This document shows positions 40,822 to 50,516 of a stretch of DNA of 64,000 nucleotides, piece after piece (the first letter of the stretch is position 1; every line of letters starts with the position of its first letter). The position numbers and the translations under genes were made by a program. Source of the DNA: Myxococcales bacterium. GTDB lineage: Bacteria; Myxococcota_A; UBA9042. The stretch covers positions 64,992 to 128,991 of the forward strand of contig SHZF01000002.1 of assembly GCA_009692425.1 (NCBI GenBank), read 5' to 3'. The notes beneath the pieces were generated by a model. The model saw nothing but the letters and a program-made list of their open reading frames with translations, was not told where the DNA came from and searched no databases.

Positions 40822-42623
40822 CCCGTCCGGAGCCTCCGTTGCCCGCCACCGCCGCCCCGCCGTTCCCGGCCCACCGCCTGCGCCTGCTTGAGACGATCCG
40901 CACCTCGATCGTGGGCGACGACCGCGTGATCGAGGGACCGTTCGGTCCACGCCGCGTCACGTACGCTGACTACACCGCATCGGGGCGCTCGCTCTCGTTC
41001 ATCGAGGATTTTCTGCGCGACGAGGTGATGCCGCTCTATGCCAACACGCACACAGAGTCGTCGGGCACGGGACGCCAGACCGGGCGCTTTCGCGAAGATG
41101 CCCGCGCATTGATCCACCGGGCCGTGGGCGGCGGGCCCGACGACCTCGTCGTGTTCACGGGCTCCGGTGCGACGGCCGCAATCAACAAGCTGGTCGGCCT
41201 GCTCGGCCTGCGGTTGCCTGCCGAACTGGATGCACGCTGGGGCCTGCGTGGGCACATCCCGACCGTCGCGCGGCCGGTCGTGTTCATCGGGCCGTACGAA
41301 CACCATTCCAACGAACTGCCGTGGCGCGAGAGCATCGCCGACGTCGTCACGATCGACGAGGACGCCGACGGTCATCCCGACCTCGCGCATCTCGACGCCG
41401 AGTTGCGCCGCTACACGGATCGCCCCCTGAAGATCGGTTCATTTTCCGCCGCTTCGAATGTAACCGGCATCGGTTCGCAGACGTGGGCGATCTCGACGCT
41501 GCTCCACCGCCACGGCGCGCTCGCCCTGTGGGACTTCGCCGCCGCCGCGCCTTATGTGCCGATCGACGTCAACCACGTCGGCTCCGGCGCCGATGCCGGG
41601 CTGGCCTACAAGGACGCAGTCTTCCTGTCGCCGCACAAGTTCATCGGCGGCCCCGGTACCCCGGGCGTGCTCGTCGCCAAGCGCCACCTGTTCCGCTCGG
41701 CCGTGCCCACGGCGCCGGGCGGCGGCACGGTGGCCTACGTCAATCCGGTCGAGCATCGCTACCTCGACGACCCCGTCCAGCGCGAAGAAGCCGGCACGCC
41801 CGCGATCCTGGAGGCCATCCGCGCCGGCCTCGTGTTCCAACTGAAGGAAGCCGTCGGCGCCGACCTGATCCGCGAGCGGGAGGAGCATTTCCTGCGCCGC
41901 GCCATCGACGCCTGGCAGCGCCACCCCAACGTGCGCATCCTGGGCAATCTGGACGCGTGGCGCCTGTCGATCGTGAGCTTCATGGTGCGCCACCGCGACG
42001 GCTGGCTGCACCACAACTACGTGGTCGCGCTGCTGAACGACCTGTTCGGCATTCAGGCGCGCGGCGGGTGCTCGTGCGCGGGCCCGTACGGCCATCGCCT
42101 GCTTGGCATCGATCTGACGACGAGCCACGCGTTCGAGCAGGAGATCCTGCGCGGCTGCGAAGGCATCAAGCCCGGCTGGGTGCGGGTCAACTTCAATTAC
42201 TTCATCGGCGAGACGCCGTTCGACTTTCTCGTGCGCGCCGTCGAATTCATTGCCGACCACGGCTGGAAGTTGCTGCCGCTCTATGCGTTCGACCCCTGGA
42301 CCGGCTTGTGGCGGCACAGGGCCATCGACGCGGCGCCGCTGCTGCGCCTGCACGACATCCGCTACGACGGCGGCCGCCTGGAGTACCGGGCGCGCCACGC
42401 TACCGAGCCGGAGTTCGCCTTGGCCGGGTACCTCGACCTCGCCCACGGCATCGTGGCGCATACCGTCGAGGGTCTGGAACGTGCCGGAGCGGAACAGCCG
42501 GCGTCCCCGTTGGACCCGCCTGACGACCCTGCCGCACTCCGGCCGCTCAGCGCCGACTACCGCCGCTTGCGCTGGTTTCCGCTGCCCGACGAGGTACGCA
42601 TGGAACTGGCGCGCGCACCCTGA
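40818..42623 (+). CDS. Aminotransferase class V / cysteine desulfurase-like PLP enzyme
   Basis: TTG start overlapping the dnaB TGA; YADYTASG, EHHSN, ASNVTG, SPHKF (PLP Lys), EAGTP, RGGCSCAGPY. Confidence 0.9.
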   Translation: MTRPEPPLPATAAPPFPAHRLRLLETIRTSIVGDDRVIEGPFGPRRVTYADYTASGRSLSFIEDFLRDEVMPLYANTHTESSGTGRQTGRFREDARALIHRAVGGGPDDLVVFTGSGATAAINKLVGLLGLRLPAELDARWGLRGHIPTVARPVVFIGPYEHHSNELPWRESIADVVTIDEDADGHPDLAHLDAELRRYTDRPLKIGSFSAASNVTGIGSQTWAISTLLHRHGALALWDFAAAAPYVPIDVNHVGSGADAGLAYKDAVFLSPHKFIGGPGTPGVLVAKRHLFRSAVPTAPGGGTVAYVNPVEHRYLDDPVQREEAGTPAILEAIRAGLVFQLKEAVGADLIREREEHFLRRAIDAWQRHPNVRILGNLDAWRLSIVSFMVRHRDGWLHHNYVVALLNDLFGIQARGGCSCAGPYGHRLLGIDLTTSHAFEQEILRGCEGIKPGWVRVNFNYFIGETPFDFLVRAVEFIADHGWKLLPLYAFDPWTGLWRHRAIDAAPLLRLHDIRYDGGRLEYRARHATEPEFALAGYLDLAHGIVAHTVEGLERAGAEQPASPLDPPDDPAALRPLSADYRRLRWFPLPDEVRMELARAP

Positions 42624-42626
42624 GGC

Positions 42627-43205
42627 TCACTCGCAGACGAGACCGCAGTGCTTGGCGGCGAGGCTCACGCAGCCCGGCTTCGGCGGCGCCTCGACCACGA
42701 AGCACAGGTTGCCGCCGGCGCCCGTGGCCGGGACGCACGCATCGATGCTGCACGGATTGTTGTCGTTGCAGTCGAGCTGCGGTTGCGCCGGTTTGCAGGC
42801 GCCGCCCGCGCACTTGGCGAAAAGGGTGCACTTGTTGCCGTCGTCGCAGGTGCCGCTGCTGTCTGCGTGCGTGCAGCCCAACGCGGCAGTACAGGAGTCG
42901 AGCGTGCAACGATTGCCGTCATTGCAATCGGGCTGCGCGCCGCCAGCCTGGCACGCCATGTCGGCACACTTGTTGCCGACCGTGCACCCGTTGCCATCGC
43001 TGCACGTCACCGCCCCGGACAACGGCGTTGCCACGCACCGCCCAGGTCGCAGTACCACGAGCCGGCCCAGAGGTTGGCAACTCCTTGCGCGCCCACATCG
43101 AGCGCGGGGGAACCCGTGTCGGTGGCGGTGTTGGCCGGTGGCCTTGCACATGCCGCGGCGCAGGACACCCCAGTGACGAGAGCCGGAGTCCAGTTGTGCG
43201 CCCAA
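42627..43205 (-). pseudogene. Fragment of Cys-rich repeat protein, probably truncated
   Basis: Two CxDGNxCT...CNDxNxCxxDxC units like those at 24657-27449. The N-terminal part is non-repeat and lacks a signal peptide. Confidence 0.5.
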
Positions 43206-43265
43206 CTGTTGCCTATGCTCGCCCGGACTGGCTGGATGCGTCGTCTGCCAACGGCGCCCGACAGT

Positions 43266-44501
43266 CTACTCGGCCTCGATCGCCAGCGCATGGCGCCGCT
43301 CCACATATCCGTACGGCGCCGGGACCAGTTCGATCAGCGTGTGCAACGGCACTTCCACAAAGGGCGCCCGTTCGCGCGGCAGGTCCATGAAATAAGAGTA
43401 CAACGCCCGCAGCACCGCCTGGTGGGCGACGATGACTACGGGTCTGCGCTGCCGCTCGCACTCGATGATCACGGGCTCGAGCCTTTCAATTACGTCCTCA
43501 TAGCTCTCGCCGCGCGGGTAGCGGTAGCGCAGCTTGTCCTTGCGGCGGGCCGCGTACTCGTCGGGCATGCGCTCGGCGATCTCCCGATAGGTCAGGCCAT
43601 CGCAGACGCCGGCATCGATTTCGTCGAGCGCCCGCCAAGGCATCGCCGGCACCGCCAGCGGTGCACACGTCGCGATCGTGCGCCGCAGTGTGCTGCACCA
43701 GACGACCGGTGGCTCCATCGCCTGGCGCCGCACGAATCGCGCCAGTTGCGCGGCGTAGCGGTGCCCGCGTGGGCTGAGATCCGGGTCGCCGCCGATGCGG
43801 TCTTCGACGTTGTGGGTCGATTCGCCGTGGCGCGTCAGCCAGATCGGCCGCCGCACCACGTGCAGGTTGATCAGCAGCGACACGAGGCGCGCGGGCAGGT
43901 AGCCCTCGATGCGGTGCAGCACGACGATGCGCCCGACGTCGATGAGCCGCACGGAACTGGCCGGCTCGTCGGCATGGACCGGCTCGTACACTTTGGCGTA
44001 GTGGTCGATACGCTGGCGAAAATCGCGCACTGCGTCTTCTGGATCGATCCCGGCGTAGTCGGGCGACGACAGCTTCGTCTCGCGGATGTTCGCCTCCAGG
44101 ATCGACGGGTCCTCACACACGGATTCGACGAACACGACCGTACACCCTGCCGCCGAGCAGCGCGCCCGTACCTGGTCTCTACGGGAGCGGGTCGTGTTCG
44201 TGGCGTCGTAGAGTGCGACCTCGCCGCCCAACCGCATGAAGCCGAGCAGGTCGGCGAGAGCCAGTTCCGCCATTTCGGAGCGGGCACGCGCACCCTCGTC
44301 GTTGCGCGGGTCGAAGAAATCGGCGCGGTGGCCCGCACCCAGCCATTTGCGGCGGTAGTCCCCGGCGTTGAAGACTTGGGCGTTGTAGCCGAGCCACGCC
44401 AGGTAGCGCGCGATCTTGCGGGCGATCCAGGTCTTGCCGCGGGCGGGCAGGCCGACCATGCACAGCACAAGGCGCGTAGGTTCAGGGGCGGACTTCGCCA
44501 T
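43266..44501 (-). CDS. Bifunctional 6-phosphofructo-2-kinase/fructose-2,6-bisphosphatase (eukaryotic PFKFB-like)
   Basis: Kinase motifs MVGLPARGKT, FNAGDYRR, DATNTT, KLSSPDY. Phosphatase motifs RHGES, EIDAG, YRYPRGESYED, HQAVLR. 411 aa. Confidence 0.93.
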   Translation of the reverse strand: MAKSAPEPTRLVLCMVGLPARGKTWIARKIARYLAWLGYNAQVFNAGDYRRKWLGAGHRADFFDPRNDEGARARSEMAELALADLLGFMRLGGEVALYDATNTTRSRRDQVRARCSAAGCTVVFVESVCEDPSILEANIRETKLSSPDYAGIDPEDAVRDFRQRIDHYAKVYEPVHADEPASSVRLIDVGRIVVLHRIEGYLPARLVSLLINLHVVRRPIWLTRHGESTHNVEDRIGGDPDLSPRGHRYAAQLARFVRRQAMEPPVVWCSTLRRTIATCAPLAVPAMPWRALDEIDAGVCDGLTYREIAERMPDEYAARRKDKLRYRYPRGESYEDVIERLEPVIIECERQRRPVVIVAHQAVLRALYSYFMDLPRERAPFVEVPLHTLIELVPAPYGYVERRHALAIEAE

Positions 44502-44503
44502 CG

Positions 44504-45361
44504 TCAGTCCTTTCGGTCTGGCAGGGATCGGGCCCAGGCCAGATCGGCGGCGCGGGCGTGCTCCATGACACGGCGCACCACCTCGCTGCCTGCCTCCGTA
44601 CGCGGCAGCAGGTGGCCGACGCGGGGCAGGGAGACCGCCACCAGCCCCGGTCCCATGGACCCCGTCAATTCGGCGAGGACGGCACGGCACGGGACCGTGC
44701 GGTCCGCCGCGCCGTGCAGCGCCAGCACGGGGCACGGCAAGGGGCCGAGCCCGCGCCGCACCACATCCTGCAGGTCTTCGAGTTCAGTTACGGCATTCAA
44801 TGGGATCGCGTCGTAACACGGCGGCCGCGCGGCGCCGGGCAGGTCGGGAGCGTCCTTGCCGAGCACCTCGGGCCAGCCGAGTCGGGTCAACGCCGCCGCC
44901 GCGACGCGCTGCCACCCTGGCAGGTGAAGGGCTGTGGCGAGCAGCGCAACCGACGCGAGGGGCCGCCGCGCGGGACCGCCCACCTGCGGCCGCCGGTGGC
45001 GCGCCAGCAGCAGCGCCAGCAGCGCTCCCATCGACAGCCCGCACAGGTGAATGCGGTCGCAGCGGGTGTCCAGCCACGCGAGCGCCGCGTCGGCCGACGC
45101 CAGCCAATCGCGCCACCCCGTGCCTTGCAGCGCGCGCACCGACGTCGCGTGCCCTGCCAACACCGGCAAGGCGACGCTGAACCCGTGCGTCACAAATGCG
45201 TCGGCAAGCGGGCGTACCTCCCACGGCGACCCGGTCAAGCCGTGCAGGACCAACGCACCCGCACGCCCGCCGGAGTGCGCCAGCGGCTCGGCGCCCGTCG
45301 GGCAGCGGACGGGAACGCGCAACGCGGCCGGCAATTCCAGCAGATCGGTGGGTTCAGTCAC
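44504..45361 (-). CDS. Alpha/beta-hydrolase, carboxylesterase-like
   Basis: LHGLTG, GLSMG, HGAADRTV, late GH. Confidence 0.85.
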   Translation of the reverse strand: MTEPTDLLELPAALRVPVRCPTGAEPLAHSGGRAGALVLHGLTGSPWEVRPLADAFVTHGFSVALPVLAGHATSVRALQGTGWRDWLASADAALAWLDTRCDRIHLCGLSMGALLALLLARHRRPQVGGPARRPLASVALLATALHLPGWQRVAAAALTRLGWPEVLGKDAPDLPGAARPPCYDAIPLNAVTELEDLQDVVRRGLGPLPCPVLALHGAADRTVPCRAVLAELTGSMGPGLVAVSLPRVGHLLPRTEAGSEVVRRVMEHARAADLAWARSLPDRKD

Positions 45362-46439
45362 GGTCGCGTGCTCCCGCCGCCGCAGCGCCCCGCCGGTGCG
45401 GGCGGCGTGCCCCTGTTCGGTGCGCCTCCACCGTCCCCGCCACCAGCCAAAGCGGGCGTCCGCCTGCGACGACCCGGACAAACAAGGCATCTTCGGCGAG
45501 CGGCAGCGTGTCCGCCGCGCTCCGGTGGGGCAACGCAAAGCCCGCGCGCCAGCCTGGGCAGTCGCGTGCCAGCACGGCTCCGAGGCGCTGGAAAGTCCGC
45601 CGTGCCGCCGCCACGCCGCCGAGGCGGTCGCCCCACGGCGGATTGCACACAACGAATGCAGGAAGAGCCGTCGGAATCGGCTGGTGTGCGACGTCCCCCG
45701 TCACCCACCGGATCGCGTGCGCCACTCCCGCCCTCTCGGCATTGCGCTGGGCCCGCGCTACGCAGTCTGGATCGATGTCGCCGGCGCACACCGGGGGACC
45801 CTGCGCGGTTGCCTTCGCACCGCACGCCGCTTCGATCGCGAGCGTGCCGCTGCCCGTCATCGGGTCCCACAGCGCGCCGTTCCCGTGCCAGCCGACCAGC
45901 CGCAACAGCGCGGCCGCCACGTCCTCCCGCAGGGGCGCCGCGCCGGGCTCCTGGCGCCAGCCGCGCCGGGCCAGCAGGCCTCCGCCGGCGTCGATCGATA
46001 GCTCCACGCGGTCGCCGTCCGCCCGCGCCAGCACCACCAACTCGCCGCGCGCACCGGTCGCGGCGCCGACCCGCGCGTCCACCGCGCTGCGGGCCCCGAG
46101 CTGGCGCAGCAGTTCGGCCTGCATCCAGCGCATGCGATCCGGCGCTGCGCCGCGGCCGCTCCACGCCAGGCGAACGGCCTCGACCGGCGCCGGCACGTCG
46201 TGCCATGGCAGCCCGTCGACGAGTTGCGCGGCGTCCGTCACCGTGCGCAGCCGGCCGACACCCGCCCGGCGCCACAAGTGTGCACAACAGCGCAAGCGTC
46301 CCGCCACCGCGACAAGGTCGGCCGGCAGCGCGCGAAACGCCACGCCACCTGGCTCCGGGCTGCCGGGGAGGCCCAGATCGCCGAGTTCGGCGCACGCAAG
46401 CCCCTCGAGGCCGGGCAACGTCGCCGCGAACCAGTGCAC
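45354..46439 (-). CDS. RlmL/UPF0020-type RNA methyltransferase
   Basis: PGLE N-terminus, RRGWR, APLREDVAAALL, WDPMTGSGT, NPPWG. Confidence 0.82.
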   Translation of the reverse strand: MHWFAATLPGLEGLACAELGDLGLPGSPEPGGVAFRALPADLVAVAGRLRCCAHLWRRAGVGRLRTVTDAAQLVDGLPWHDVPAPVEAVRLAWSGRGAAPDRMRWMQAELLRQLGARSAVDARVGAATGARGELVVLARADGDRVELSIDAGGGLLARRGWRQEPGAAPLREDVAAALLRLVGWHGNGALWDPMTGSGTLAIEAACGAKATAQGPPVCAGDIDPDCVARAQRNAERAGVAHAIRWVTGDVAHQPIPTALPAFVVCNPPWGDRLGGVAAARRTFQRLGAVLARDCPGWRAGFALPHRSAADTLPLAEDALFVRVVAGGRPLWLVAGTVEAHRTGARRPHRRGAAAAGARDRD

Positions 46440-46595
46440 ATCGGGCGTCGCGACGGGGTGCGCGAAAGGGCTCGTGGGCTGGGGCGGCAGGCCTCCCTGC
46501 TGCGGGTTTTGATTGACGGTGTGGGGGTCGATCGCTAGACTCCTGCGCCCGCTCGGCGCGGGGCAGCAGCTACCGGCCGTCCTGAGGCGCTACCC

Positions 46596-49241
46596 ATGTT
46601 CGCACGTTCGACCGTCGTCGTCACCACGGGCACCTGCCTGACCCTCGCCGCGCTGGCGTGCAGTTCGACCCAATCCCCGGCACCCGGCGCCGCCCAGTGC
46701 CTGCCGGGCACGGTGGGCTGCGCCAATCCCGGCACTGGCGACGTGGGCGGCTCAGGCCGCGGGGTGGACGCGGGCGTGACCGGCGGCGACGCGTCACCCA
46801 CCGGTGACGACGCCGGCAACGACGGAGCGGGTACTGGCGCAGACGGAGCGGCATTCAATACCGACGGCGGCAGCACAAGTCCCAAGCCCGACGCCAGCGC
46901 GCCCCCCGACGTACCCACACAGCCGTCGTCGAAGTTTACAGGGTATCCGTCTGCCGAACTCCAACTGCGCATCGTCGGGCCGAGCGGTCGCGGCCACGCC
47001 ACGGTGTCGGGCCAGATCATCGAAGTCGCTGCCGTCCTGTTCGGCAACGCCGACGAGGTCGTGTGGTCGACGACGACGGGCGCCAAGGGCAACGCGCACA
47101 ACGCTCCGTTCCTGCAGACCGACCCGATCAAGCTGGTGCCGGGCGACAACGTGGTGACGCTCACGGCATCGAACAAGGCCGAGGTCGTGACCGATCGCAT
47201 CGTCGTGACATACAATCCGCTGTTTTCCTTTCAAGACCGCTTGCGCGTCAACCCGCGTGTGCTGAAGCGCGGCAAGGCCACAGCGGTGACTGCCGTCATC
47301 AGCCTCGGCAAGGCTACCAACATCGTCAAGGGCAGCGCGAAGCTGTTTCGCGTCGATGCCGATGGCGCGGCCATCACCACGCTCGGCGCCCTGGCCGACG
47401 AAGGCGTGCTGTCCGACGGCGACGAAATCAAGGCCGACGGCCTGTACTCCAAGAAGGTGACGCTCAACGAAGCCAGCGTCGGCACGGCGCGGCTGCGCGT
47501 CTCCATCGACGTGGCGGGGATCGACGGCAAGACGATCGTGGCCTACAGCGACATCGCGGAGATCGACGTCGTGGACGACATCGCGCAGGCAGACTGCGAC
47601 GCCGCTCTGGCGGCATTGGGTACCGCAAAAGCCGACGCGGGCAAAGCCGCCAGCCCCGATGCTGCCCGCAAGGCCGCCATCGACGCGCTGAAGGCCAACC
47701 CCACTGTCCTCGACGCCGGACCGGCGAGCGACGGTTTCGGCCAGGCCGGCACGGGGGCTTGGGTGCGGTTCAAGTCTGGCCTGCTCGGCATCGTGCGGCT
47801 GGGCGCGGCGACCAACCGCGGTGGTGGCGGCGACGGCGACGGCCCCACGCGTGCCATGGGTGGCCTGGTTGGCGACGAAGGCCTGCAGACGGTCGAAGTC
47901 GGCTCCAAGCGTGCACTCCTGCTCAACCCGTTCGCGACGGCGCTGGGCACCACGGAAGTGGCCCACGCCAGCAAGCTGATGGCGGACCTCGCGTGCCCGG
48001 CCTACACGGTCGACAGTGCGGCCGACGCCCTGGCAGATTTGTCGAAGCTGCGCCGGATGTTCGACTACGGCATCACGGCCATCGCCACCCATGGCGAAGC
48101 GGCGTTCAAGGGCGTGCCGTGGCCCGACAAGCAGGCGCTGGGTTGGCGCCATCCCGGCTCGCAGGAGGCCCTGTTCACCGGCCACGTCGTCAGTTGTGGC
48201 TACTTCGCGTCCGTGGGCAGCCCGAAGAAGTGCAGCGAGAGCACACCCTGCGGCCCGGAGGCCGAGTGCGTAGTCAACCAGGTGGGAGGCACCGGCGACT
48301 GTATCGACCACCTTACGGCAGACCTGCGCAAGGGCCGTGTGGCGCTCACGTCGGACGGCACGTACGCGGTGCTTCCCGCCTTCATCGGTCGCCATGCCGA
48401 GCAGCGCCACCCGCAGAGCCTGGCCTACCTGGGCGGCTGCCGCAGCCTGTTCAACGGCACGCTGGCGGGCGAACTGTTCGCCGCAGGAGCTGCCGCCGTC
48501 GCCGGCTTCAATGGCTACGTCTCGAACGAATTTGCCACGAAATGGGGCAAGACCATGTTCGCCAACCTGATCGAGCAGAAGCAACTGTCGGGCAGCGCGC
48601 ACGCCCAGGTCGATGACCCGGCCAATCCCGGCTCGTGGTTCGGCCTCGTCGGCGCGCAGAACCTGAACGCGGCAAACATCGAAATCATGAATTCCAGTTG
48701 GGAATCCGGCAACATCCAAGGCTGGCTCAAGACCGGCGACGGCCGCGTCGTCGCCAAGCTCGGCTCCGCGATTCCGGTCGACGGCAAGTACATGGGCATC
48801 CTGTCCACGGGCCTCGGCTACACGACGCAGAAGGGAGAACTCGACCAGCGCTTCTGCATCCCGGCGGGCAAGGGCAAATTCTCCGTATGGTGGAAATTCT
48901 ACAGCGAGGAGTTCACCGAGTACTGCGGCAGCAAGTTCCAGGACGCCCTCGTCATCAAGTTCGAAGGCAAGCCCGGCAACAAGACCGTGGTCGATGCAAA
49001 GGTCGACGACCTGTGCGCGAAATCGAACTGCAGCGGCTGCGGCGGCCAGTACAAGGGGCTGACGGCGGCCGATGTCAGCTTCGACCAGGGCGGGGTGTAC
49101 ATGACGCCCTGGGTGCAATCGACGGCCGACATCACGCCGTTCGCAGGCAACGGCAACGTACGGCTGCGCCTGCTTGCGACCGACGTGGGCGACTCCGTGT
49201 ACGACACCGCGATCCTGGTCGACAAGCTGGAATTCGAGTAG
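46596..49241 (+). CDS. Large lipoprotein with Ig-like domains, a possible clan CD (CHAT/caspase-like) domain and a C-terminal beta-sandwich
   Basis: Lipobox ALAC; DEIKADGLYS motif; IATHG ... AYLGGCRS ... LFAAGAAAVAGF. Confidence 0.65.
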   Translation: MFARSTVVVTTGTCLTLAALACSSTQSPAPGAAQCLPGTVGCANPGTGDVGGSGRGVDAGVTGGDASPTGDDAGNDGAGTGADGAAFNTDGGSTSPKPDASAPPDVPTQPSSKFTGYPSAELQLRIVGPSGRGHATVSGQIIEVAAVLFGNADEVVWSTTTGAKGNAHNAPFLQTDPIKLVPGDNVVTLTASNKAEVVTDRIVVTYNPLFSFQDRLRVNPRVLKRGKATAVTAVISLGKATNIVKGSAKLFRVDADGAAITTLGALADEGVLSDGDEIKADGLYSKKVTLNEASVGTARLRVSIDVAGIDGKTIVAYSDIAEIDVVDDIAQADCDAALAALGTAKADAGKAASPDAARKAAIDALKANPTVLDAGPASDGFGQAGTGAWVRFKSGLLGIVRLGAATNRGGGGDGDGPTRAMGGLVGDEGLQTVEVGSKRALLLNPFATALGTTEVAHASKLMADLACPAYTVDSAADALADLSKLRRMFDYGITAIATHGEAAFKGVPWPDKQALGWRHPGSQEALFTGHVVSCGYFASVGSPKKCSESTPCGPEAECVVNQVGGTGDCIDHLTADLRKGRVALTSDGTYAVLPAFIGRHAEQRHPQSLAYLGGCRSLFNGTLAGELFAAGAAAVAGFNGYVSNEFATKWGKTMFANLIEQKQLSGSAHAQVDDPANPGSWFGLVGAQNLNAANIEIMNSSWESGNIQGWLKTGDGRVVAKLGSAIPVDGKYMGILSTGLGYTTQKGELDQRFCIPAGKGKFSVWWKFYSEEFTEYCGSKFQDALVIKFEGKPGNKTVVDAKVDDLCAKSNCSGCGGQYKGLTAADVSFDQGGVYMTPWVQSTADITPFAGNGNVRLRLLATDVGDSVYDTAILVDKLEFE

Positions 49242-49299
49242 CCGTCAGGTGTGTGCGGGTGGCAGAGGTCGGCAAATCGGTGCCCGCTTGCGGGCGCGC

Positions 49300-49328
49300 T
49301 TGACCCGCGCGTGCCGCCCCCCTAGCTT
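49300..49328 (+). promoter_or_regulatory. Sigma70-like promoter TTGACC-N17-TAGCTT, 6 nt before ATG (possible leaderless mRNA)
   Basis: Direct reading of the hexamers and spacing; no SD before ATG 49335. Confidence 0.5.
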
Positions 49329-49334
49329 GAAGCC

Positions 49335-50516
49335 ATGACGGGGGTGGCTTCGCAGGAACGGAACCGAGGAATGCGACGGCGGCGCATGGGTCTGTCGCAC
49401 GCCGCCGCATTGGCTCGCAGTGGCTGCGCAATTGTCGTTGGGTTGGGCTTTGTCCTCGCGATGTTCGCCATGCTGGCCGCGGCGTTGCACGACGGTACGC
49501 CGGCCCGCCCCTCCGGGCTCATCGCGCACATGGGTCACCCGCGGTCGCAGACGAACCGCGGACCCGCCGCCGTGCCCGTGCCGAAGCGGCGCTCGCGTTT
49601 GCAACTCGTCGCCACGCCGACGCCGCCCAAGCCCAAGGTCGCGCCCGCCGAGGAGCGGCTCACTGGTCAGGTCGTCGAGACGGCCCGACCCCAGGTCGAA
49701 GAACACGCGCCGCTGGCCCAGTACCTCGGCCGCTACGACATGCGGGTCGCGCGCGAGGTCAAGGCCCGCTCGCGCCGATTGCCCAGCGAAGTCCCGGGTC
49801 GCCTCGAGGTCGCGCACGCGTCGAAGGTGCAGAGCCCGCAGTCTACGAGCCCGGAGCCGACCCGCATTCCCGAACGCGCGCCACTGCGACCGGTCGAGGT
49901 CGCGCCGGTCGCGCCGCAAGCGCCAGCCCACAACGGCAGCGCGCCGACACTCGGAACTGCACCCGCGCCCCCGACCGAAGCGAGCCCGGGGAGTCCCAGT
50001 CCCGCCGTGGTGCGCCGGCCGAGCGACGCATTGCTGCTGCCGGCCACGTCGCCGGGCAACGTGCTTCACAACCTGCAAGCCTTGGCGGGTTCGCCCGGCA
50101 CGCTGGACTATCTCCCCGACGTCGATGAACTGGGCGACACGAACCTGTTGAATACGAGAAAATTTCGCTACTGGGACTTCTTCCAACGCGTCAAGGACCG
50201 CGTTGCCGGCGAGTGGGAGCCGGGCCAAGTCTGGAGCACGCGCGATCCGAGCGGCGTCAAGTACGGCGTCAAGGACCGGTTGACCGTGTTGCGTGTCACG
50301 CTCGACCCCGAAGGCGCGCTGAAGCGAGTGGCCATCGCGCGCCGGTCTGGGCTGGAGTTCCTTGACGAGGAGGCCGAACGCGCCTTTGCTGCCGCCGGGC
50401 CCTTTCCGAATCCCCCGGTGGGCCTGCGCAACGACCGTGGCGAAATCGAATTCCAGTTCGGCTTCATGTTCGAGATCGCCACGCAGAAGTTCAGGTTCCA
50501 GCGACTGAATCCGTGA
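49335..50516 (+). CDS. TonB family protein (TM anchor, Pro-rich linker, TonB C-terminal domain)
   Basis: N-terminal TM; FFQRVKDRVAGEW, VTLDPEG, RSGLEFLDEEA, GPFPNPP. Confidence 0.82.
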   Translation: MTGVASQERNRGMRRRRMGLSHAAALARSGCAIVVGLGFVLAMFAMLAAALHDGTPARPSGLIAHMGHPRSQTNRGPAAVPVPKRRSRLQLVATPTPPKPKVAPAEERLTGQVVETARPQVEEHAPLAQYLGRYDMRVAREVKARSRRLPSEVPGRLEVAHASKVQSPQSTSPEPTRIPERAPLRPVEVAPVAPQAPAHNGSAPTLGTAPAPPTEASPGSPSPAVVRRPSDALLLPATSPGNVLHNLQALAGSPGTLDYLPDVDELGDTNLLNTRKFRYWDFFQRVKDRVAGEWEPGQVWSTRDPSGVKYGVKDRLTVLRVTLDPEGALKRVAIARRSGLEFLDEEAERAFAAAGPFPNPPVGLRNDRGEIEFQFGFMFEIATQKFRFQRLNP

